Shown here piece after piece: positions 54,701 through 63,700 of a stretch of 64,000 nucleotides of DNA. Both the position numbers and the translations under genes were made by a program. The stretch lies in contig JBHHVE010000001.1 in NCBI GenBank assembly GCA_046754085.1, forward strand, positions 71,821 through 135,820. The letters are read 5' to 3'. The notes beneath the pieces were generated by a model that was given only the letters and a program-made list of their open reading frames with translations, was not told the origin of the DNA and did no database searches. This DNA is from Leptospirillia bacterium (GTDB lineage Bacteria > Nitrospirota > JACRHL01). Positions within the stretch are counted from its first letter, which is position 1; every line of letters begins with the position of its first letter.

Positions 54701-57700
54701 CGAGGGTGCAGGGAGTTTCAATATTCAGGTGAATCTCGGCGCCGCATCGGGCCTCGATACGGACATCCCCTTTACCATCGACGGCGCCGGTACGGCCCTT
54801 GGGGCGGGGGTGGATTACACCATGCTGACCGCGTCTCCCCTGACGATTCCGGCGGGCAGCACTTCGGGTCAGATTCAGGTGCAGCTCACCGGGGACCTTC
54901 TGGACGAATACAATGAAACCCTCATCCTGAACATGGGGGTGCCGGTCAACGCCGTGACCGACGGCACCTCGATCACCCAGCACACCTTCACCATCAATGA
55001 TGATGATGTCACCCCGAGCGTAGCCTTCACCGCCGCCAGCCAGAGCAAGGCGGAAAACGGCGCCATGAGTCTTACCGTCCAGTTGTCGGCGGTGGCGGGA
55101 CGTGACGTGACGGTGCCGTTTAACGTGGACGCCATTTCCACCGCCACCGGGGGCGGCACCGACTACAGCATTCCCACGGTATCGCCGCTGGTTATCCCGG
55201 CGGGCAGCACCATCGGCGGCATTACCATTGATATCGCCCTGGATTCCCTGGACGAAAACGACGAGACGGTGGTGGTCAACATGGATACGGGTGGGCTGAT
55301 CAACGCCCTGCCTGGCGCCATCACTCAGCACACCGCCACCATCCTCGATGATGACGTGGCGCCGACGGTCACCGGACTGCTGGATGTCGCATCGATTCTG
55401 GAGGACACGGTGAGTGGCAGCGTCACCCTCACCCTGAGCCTGAATACCGCCTCCGGTCGGAATGTGAGCCTGCCGTTTACCCTGTCCGGCACGGCCCTCG
55501 AGGGCTCCGACTACACCGCCACGGCCAGCCCTGTGAGCATTACGGCCGGCACCCTGAGTACCAGCGTGGTCATCACCCTGATCGCCGACGCCCTGTACGA
55601 GGGCGACGAGACGGTGACCCTGACGATGGGCGCACCCGGCAACGCCACCCTGGGCGATAGCGGCATTTATACCGCCACCATTACCGACGACGATCTGGCG
55701 CCGACGGTGGACTTCCAGCTCCCCGTCAGCCAGAGCGGGGCCGAAAACACGGTGGGCAGCATGACCGCCACCGTGACCCTCTCCACCGTGTCGGGCAAGG
55801 ACACCACGGTCAACTATTCGGTGGGTGGAACCGCCTCGAACGGCTCGGACTTCACCATCAGCCCGGCTTCCCCCATCACGATTCCGGCGGGCGTCACCAC
55901 CCGCGACATCACGATCACCGTGCTGGACGATACCATCGACGAGCCGGACCAGACCGTGGTCCTGAATATCGGTTCATTGGTGAACGGTACCCCGGGCACC
56001 AACCTGACCCATACCGCCACCATCGTCGATAATGATGCAGCGCCGACGGTGTCGTTTGTGCCGGCAAGCCAAACCAGTCTGGGCCTTGAGAGTGGCGCCA
56101 TGAACCTGCTGGTGCAGCTCTCCCAGGTGTCGGAGAAGGTGGTCACCGTACCGTTCACCGTGGATGCCGCCAGCACCGCCACGCTCACCGACGACTACAC
56201 CTTGAGCCTGGCCTCCCCCCTCACGATTCCGGCAGGTGATCCGAGTGTCACCCAGACCATCAACATCGTGGGTGACGTCCTCGACGAGCTCAACGAAACG
56301 GTCATCCTCAACATGGATACCGTGGGTCTGGTCAACGCCGCTCCGGGGGCCGTGGTGGTGCATACCGCCACCATCGACGACAACGACAATCCGCCCACGG
56401 TGAGCTTTACTCCGGCTTCCTACCTCACCGACGAGGCGTTGGCCGCCACCGTGGTCGTGACCGCCCAGCTTTCGATAGCGTCCGGGCTGGAGGTGCAGGT
56501 GCCGTACGCGGTCAGCATTCTCTCCACGGCCACCGAGGGGCCGGATTACACTTTGAGTCCGGCCTCGCCCCTGATCATTCCCGCGGGTCAGACCACGGCC
56601 ACCCTGTCGGTGAGCGTGCTCGACGACCTGCTGTACGAGGGCATCAGCGAGGCGGTGATTATCGACATGGTGACCGGCGGGCTGGTGAACGCCGCCCCGG
56701 GGGCGACCACCCAGCACACCGTGACCATCAACGACAACGACCCCGACCCGGTGGTGACCTTTAACAACGCCATCTCCAGCTTCTCGGAAGGGGTGCCGGG
56801 CGGTATTGTGGATATCCGGGTGGATCTGGACACGGTTTCGGGCCGCGATACCGAGGTGCCGTTCAGCATCGACGCCGCCAGTACCGCCAGCGGGCCGGAC
56901 TACACGGTTCTGACCGCATCCCCCCTGATCATTGCGGAGGGCAGTGCCTTCGGCCTGATCCAGGTGCAGCTTTCCGGGGATGCTTTGGACGAGTACGACG
57001 AAACCCTCATCGTCAACATGGGCGTGCCGGTCAATGCGGTGACCGACGGCACTTCCATCACCCAGCACACCCTGACCATTCAGGATGACGACGCCACCCC
57101 GACGGTGACCTTCCCCACGGTCCCCGCATCCCTGTCCCAGTCAGAGACCGGCACCATGACGGTGACTGCCAGGCTGTCGGACCCATCCGGCCGCGATGTG
57201 ACGGTTCCGTTCACGGTGGACGCCGTTTCCACCGCCACCGGAGGCGGTGTCGATTACAGCATCAGTGCATCGCCGCTGACCATTCCCGCCGGCTCCACCA
57301 ATGCCTCCATTTCCATCAATATTGCCCTGGATGCCCTGGACGAGAACGATGAAACGGTGGTGCTTAACATGGACACGGTGGGTCTGGTCAACGCCGTGCC
57401 GGGCACCGTCACCCAGTACACCACCACCATCCTGGACGACGACGCCCTGCCGGCAGTGACCTTCCGCGACGTGGCCCTGGCGAGTCTCGGGGAGAGCGGG
57501 ACCATCGACATCTGGGTGGATATCGCTCCGGTATCAGGCCGGAACGTTACGGTTCCGTTCACCGTGGATGCCGCCTCCACCGCCATTGGCGGCGGCACCG
57601 ACTACAGCATCTTGCCCGCGTCCCCCCTGACGATTCCGGCCGGTTCGACGGGTGAGCTGATTACCCTCACCATCGCCGGCGACCTGCTGTACGAGGGTGA

Positions 57701-60700
57701 CGAGACGGTGATCCTCAACATGGGGGCGCCGGTGAATGCGGATTCCACCGGCCAGACCACGGTGCATACCGCCACCCTTACGGACGACGATGCCGTGCCG
57801 ACGGTGGACTTCCAGTCCGCCACCCAGAGCGGCGCCGAGAACACCGTCGGCACCATGTCCGCCACGGTGGTGCTCTCCGCCGTTTCGGGCCTTCCCACCA
57901 CGGTCAATTTCAGTGTGGGCGGAACCGCCTCGAACGGTCCGGACTATACTGTCAACCCGGCGGCGGCGCTGGTGATTCCAGCCGGTAGCAGCAGCGGCAA
58001 TATTGTGATAACCGTCCTGGACGACACTGTGGACGAGGCCGACCAGACGGTGGTGCTGAGCATCGATTCGCTGGTGAACGGCGCCCTCGGCGCCAGCCTG
58101 ACCCACACGGCCACCATTCTCGACAACGACGCCGCGCCCACGGTCTCCTGGAACCTGCTCAACCAGACCAGCACCCAGGAACTCGGTACCATGAACCTGA
58201 AGGCCACCCTTTCCGCGGTGTCGGAACTGGATATCACGGTGCCCTACAGCCTCAACCCGGCAAGCACCGCCACCCTGACCACCGACTTTGCGATCAGCCC
58301 CGCCTCTCCGCTCACGATTGCCGCGGGGAGTCCGGACGCCACCATCACCATCACCATCGCGACGGATATCCTCGATGAGGACGACGAGTCGGTGATCGTG
58401 ACCATGGAGACGGCGGGGCTGATCAATGCCACCGCGGGTGCGATTGCCGAACACACCGCATTTATCAAGGACGACGATAACACCCCGGTGATCACCTTTA
58501 CCTCCGCCGGTGCCTCCGGCGCGGAGGAACTGGTGGGCGCCTTTACCGTCACCGCACAGATCGATGCGGTGTCAGGCCGGGACGTGATTGTGCCGTTCGA
58601 TCTGCTGGCCTCCACCGCCACCGGCGGCGGCACCGACTACAGCTTGAGCAACGCAAGCCCCCTGGTGATTTCCCAGGGCGCCACCATCGCCAGCACCACC
58701 ATCACCATCGTGGACGACCTGCTGGACGAGGCGGACGAAACCGTGGTGGTCAACATGGATACGGTGGGGCTGACCAACGCGTTGACCAATGGGGGCTCCA
58801 TCACGGACTACACCCTGACCATCCTGGACAACGACGCCACCCCGACGGTGACCTTCACCACGGGCTCACAGTCCACCTCCGAGCCTCTGGCGCAAACGGT
58901 GAGCATCACCGCCCAGCTGTCCGCCCTTGCGGGCCGGGACGTGACGGTGCCCTACACCCTCGATGCCCTCTCCACCGCCACCAGCGGGGTGGATTACAGC
59001 CTTACCCCGGTGTCGCCGCTGGTCATTCCCGAGGGCCAGCTTTCCGCTTCGCTTTCGTTGACGGTGTCCGACGACCTGTTGCACGAGTCCACGGGTGAGA
59101 CGGCGATCATTAATATGGATACCGCCGGTCTGGTGAACGCCACCGCCGGGGCCACCGTGCAGCACACCGTTACCATCACCGACGACGACCCCGCGCCGAC
59201 CGTCACCTTCGGCACGGCGACGTCCAGTGCCCTGGAGGGTGTCGGCACCACCAACATTCAGGTGAACCTGAACGCCGCCTCCGGGATGGTCACGGAAATT
59301 CCCTTCACCATCGATGCCGCGAGTACGGCGCTCGGTGCGGGTGAGGACTACACGGTACTGACGGTTTCCCCGCTGACCATTCCCAAGGGTGCCCTGTCGG
59401 CGAGTATCTCTGTGCAGATCAATGACGACCTGCTGGACGAGTTGGGCGAAACCGTGATCGCCAACATGGGCGTGCCCCTGTATGCGGTCACCGACGGTGG
59501 ATCGATCACCCAGCACACCCTGACGATTACCGACAACGACGCCACCCCGACAGTGGCGTTCAGCAAGGCGTCCGAGCAGTCTCTGAATGAGACCGGAAGC
59601 GTCACGGTGGATGTGACCCTGTCGGCGGTGTCGGGTCTGCCGGTCACCGTGCCCTATACGGTGAACGGCCTCAGCACGGCCATCGACCCGGACGATTACA
59701 CCATCACCCCGGTGTCGCCGGTCAGCATTCCGGCCGGGAATCCGTCCGCCACCACCACCGTCAACATCGTGCCCGATATCCTCTCGGAGGAGAACGAGAC
59801 GGTGATCCTCGACATGGGCACCCCCACCAATGCCGGGCAGGGGGGTGTTGTCCAGTTCACCGGTACCATCACCGACGACGACAACGTGCCGTCGGCCTCG
59901 TTCACCACCACCACCGGCAGCACCCCGGAAGTGAGCGGAAACACCCTGACCGCCACCGTTCAGCTCTCCAAGACGGCGGTTGGCAACGTGACGATTCCGT
60001 ACTCCCTTACCGGTACCGCCTTCGATACGGTGGACTACACCGCAAGCCCCCTGAATCAACTGGTTATTCCGGGTGGACAGTTGACCGGCGACATTGTCGT
60101 TACCGTGGTGGGGGATGTCCTCGACGAGCCGGATGAAACCGTGGTTATCACCCTGGGGGCGGCCATTGGCGCATCGGTCACCCTGCCCAACACCTACACC
60201 GGCACCATCACCGACAACGATGCGGCGCCCACGGTTGGCTTTGACCTGGCCACGTCGAGCGGCGACGAGAGCCTGACCCCGGCCAGCTTCGCCGTATCCC
60301 TGTCCGCCGTCTCGGGCCGTACCGTAACGGCGGACTACGCAGTGGGTGCCGGCGGTACCGCCCTTGGCTCCGGCATCGATTACACCCTGGCGGCGGGCAC
60401 CCTGACCTTTACCCCCGGCCAGCTCACCCAGTACGTCGACGTCGATATTGTCGATGACCTCATCGACGAGGCCGACGAAACCGTGGTGGTGGATCTCACC
60501 ACCGCCACCAACGGCACTGTGGATGGGCTTGCCGCCAGCCACACCTACACCATTCTCGACAACGACGTCTCCACCATTTCCATCGATGATGTGGCGGTGA
60601 CCGAAACCGCGGGTGGCGTGAACGCGGTGTTCACCGTGAGCCTGTCGACCCCCGCTGCCGCCATTGTGACCGTGGACTGGGCCACGGTGGATGGCACCGC

Positions 60701-63700
60701 CACGGTCGCGGACCTGGACTACAGCAATGCCTTTGGCACCGTGACATTCAATCCGGGGGTGACCTCCCAGTCGGTGATCGTTCCGATCCTGGACGATATC
60801 CTGGATGAGGATGCCGAGACCTTTACCGTGGCCCTGTCCGGCGCCGTGAACGCCGCCATTTTCGACGCCAGCGGTATCGGCACCATCAACGACGACGATG
60901 CCCTTCCGGTGGTCGGATTCGACCTCACCGCAGGTTCCGCTGCTGAAAGCGTGGCCACGGTCAACGTCGCCGTCTCCCTCAATCTGGCCTCGGGCCGTAC
61001 GGTGAGCGTGGACTACTCGGTGAACGGGGGCAGCACCGCCACCGGCGGCGGCACCGACTACACCCTGGCGGCGGGCACCGTGACCTTCCTGCCGGGCGAG
61101 ACCACAAAAAACATCGCCATCACCGTCCATGAAGACGTGATTGACGAGGCCAACGAGACCCTGATTCTCGATCTGTCGGGCGAGCTTAACGCCGCCCTGT
61201 CGGTGACCAACCGCCAGTACACCCAGACCATTACCGACAACGACACCGCCACCATCGCCATCACCGACGTGGGCGTGACCGAGGTTCCGGGCGGCGTGAA
61301 CGCGGTGTTCGACGTCACCCTTTCCACACCGAGCGCCGTTACCGTGACCGTGAACTGGGCCACCGTGGACGGTACCGCCACCGTGGTGGGCGCCGATTAC
61401 ACGGGCGGTTCCGGTGTCCTGACCTTCCTGGCCGGAGAGACCGCCAAGACGGTTTCCGTGGCGGTGCTGGACGATGCCCTGGACGAGGATGCGGAAACCT
61501 TCACGGTGGTGCTTTCCGGTGCCTCCGGCGCCACCATTCTGGATGACACCGGCATCGGTACCATCACCGACGACGACCCGATCCCGACCATCGGCTTCAA
61601 CCTGACCGCTTCCAGCGGCGCGGAGACGCTCACCCCGGCCAGCCTCGCCGTCTCCCTGTCGGCCCCCTCCGGGCGCAGTGTCACGGTGGATTACGCGGTG
61701 AACGCCGCCAGCACCGCCGGCCGCCTCGGGGAGGACTACACCCTGGCGGATGGCACCCTGACCTTCGGCCCGGGCATTACCACCCGGACCATCGACATCG
61801 ACATCGTCGACGACCTGCTGGACGAGGGTAACGAAACCGTGGTGGTGGATCTGTCCAATGGCGTCAATGCCACTGTCGACATTCCGACCCAGACCCATAC
61901 CTATACCATCATCGACGATGACGCCGCCGCCATCTCCATCAACGACGTGGCGGTGACCGAGGCCGTGGGCGGCGTGAACGCGGTGTTCAACGTGACCCTT
62001 TCCGCGCCGTCCGCATCCTCGGTGACCGTCAACTGGGCCACCGCCGACGGCACCGCGCTCGCCGGCGTTGACTATACGGCCGGCTCCGGCACTCTCACCT
62101 TCCTGTCCGGCGAGACCCTCAAAACGGTGACCGTGGCGGTGTCCGACGACATCCTGGACGAAGATACCGAGAGCTTCACCGTCGGCCTGTCGCTCCCGGT
62201 GGGCGCCACCATCGCCGATGCCACCGGTCTTGCCACCGTGGCCGATGACGATGCGCTTCCCACGGTTGGTTTCGGCGTTACCACGGGCAGCTCACTGGAG
62301 AGCGTCCTGACGGTCAACACCGCGGTCTTTTTAAGCACGGCTTCCGGGCGCACGGTGACCGTGGATTACGCGGTGAATGCCGCCAGTACCGCTACAGGCG
62401 CCGGCACGGACTACACCCTGGCGGCGGGCACCCTGACCTTCCTGCCGGGCGAGACCAGCCAGAACATCGTCACCACCGTGGTGGACGATGTGATTGACGA
62501 GGCCAACGAGACCATCATCATCGACCTGTCCGGCGAGGTGAATGCCGCCCTGTCCGTTTCCAACCGGCAGTACACCCACACCATCACCGATGACGACACC
62601 GCCACCCTCTCTATCGATGACGTGGCGGTCACCGAGGCCGTGGGTGGCGTCAACACCGTATTCACCGTGGCGCTCTCCACCGTGAGCGCGTCCACCGTGA
62701 CGGTCAACTGGGCCACCGCCAACGGCACCGCCACCGCGGGCGCCGACTATGCAAGCGCCAGCGGAAGCCTCACCTTCACCCCGGGGCAGACGTCCCAGAC
62801 GGTGACCGTGGTGACCCTGGACGACGCCCTGGACGAGGATCCGGAAACCTTCGATGTGAATCTCTCGCTGGCCTCCGGCGCGGGCATCCTCGACGGTACC
62901 GGTGTGGCCACCATCACCGACGATGATGCCTTGCCCACCGTGGCCTTTAACCTGATTGCCTCTTCCAGCGACGAGGCGGTGCCGACCGTGACCCTGGATG
63001 TGACCCTGTCCCCCGCTTCGGGCCGTCAGGTGACCACCGACTTTGCCGTGAATGCGGCCAGCACCGCCACCGGAGGCGGGGTGGACTACACCCTGACGGC
63101 GGGTACCCTGACCTTTGCCGCCGGAGAGGTTGCCAAGACCATTACCGTTACCGTGGTGAACGATTCTCTGGTGGAGGGCAACGAAACCATCGTCGCGGAC
63201 CTGACCGGCGCCACCAACGCCTCTGTGAGCGGGACCAACGGCAGCCACACCCTGACCATCGTCGACAACGATTCGGCCAGCCTCACCATCGGCAATGCCA
63301 CCGTGACCGAAGGTCCGGCGGCGGTGGCGAGCTTTACCGTCACCATGTCCGCCGTATCCACCGGCGCCGTGACGGTGGACTACACCACGGTGGACGGCAC
63401 CGCCACCACGGCGGCGGGCGATTACACCGCCGCCTCCGGCACCCTGACTTTTGCCCCCGGCGAGACCACCAAGGTGATCGATGTGACGGTTGCCGATGAC
63501 ACCCTGGACGAAAATGCCGAGAGCTTCACCGTGGTGCTCTCCAACGTCGCGGGTGCCACCCTCCTGGGCAATACCGGCCTTGGTACCATCAACGACAACG
63601 ACGCCGCGCCCACGGTGGGCTTTGCACTGACCGCCGACAGCACCGTGGAGAATGTCACCCCGGCGAATCTGGCGGTGAACCTTTCCGCCCCTTCGGGCCT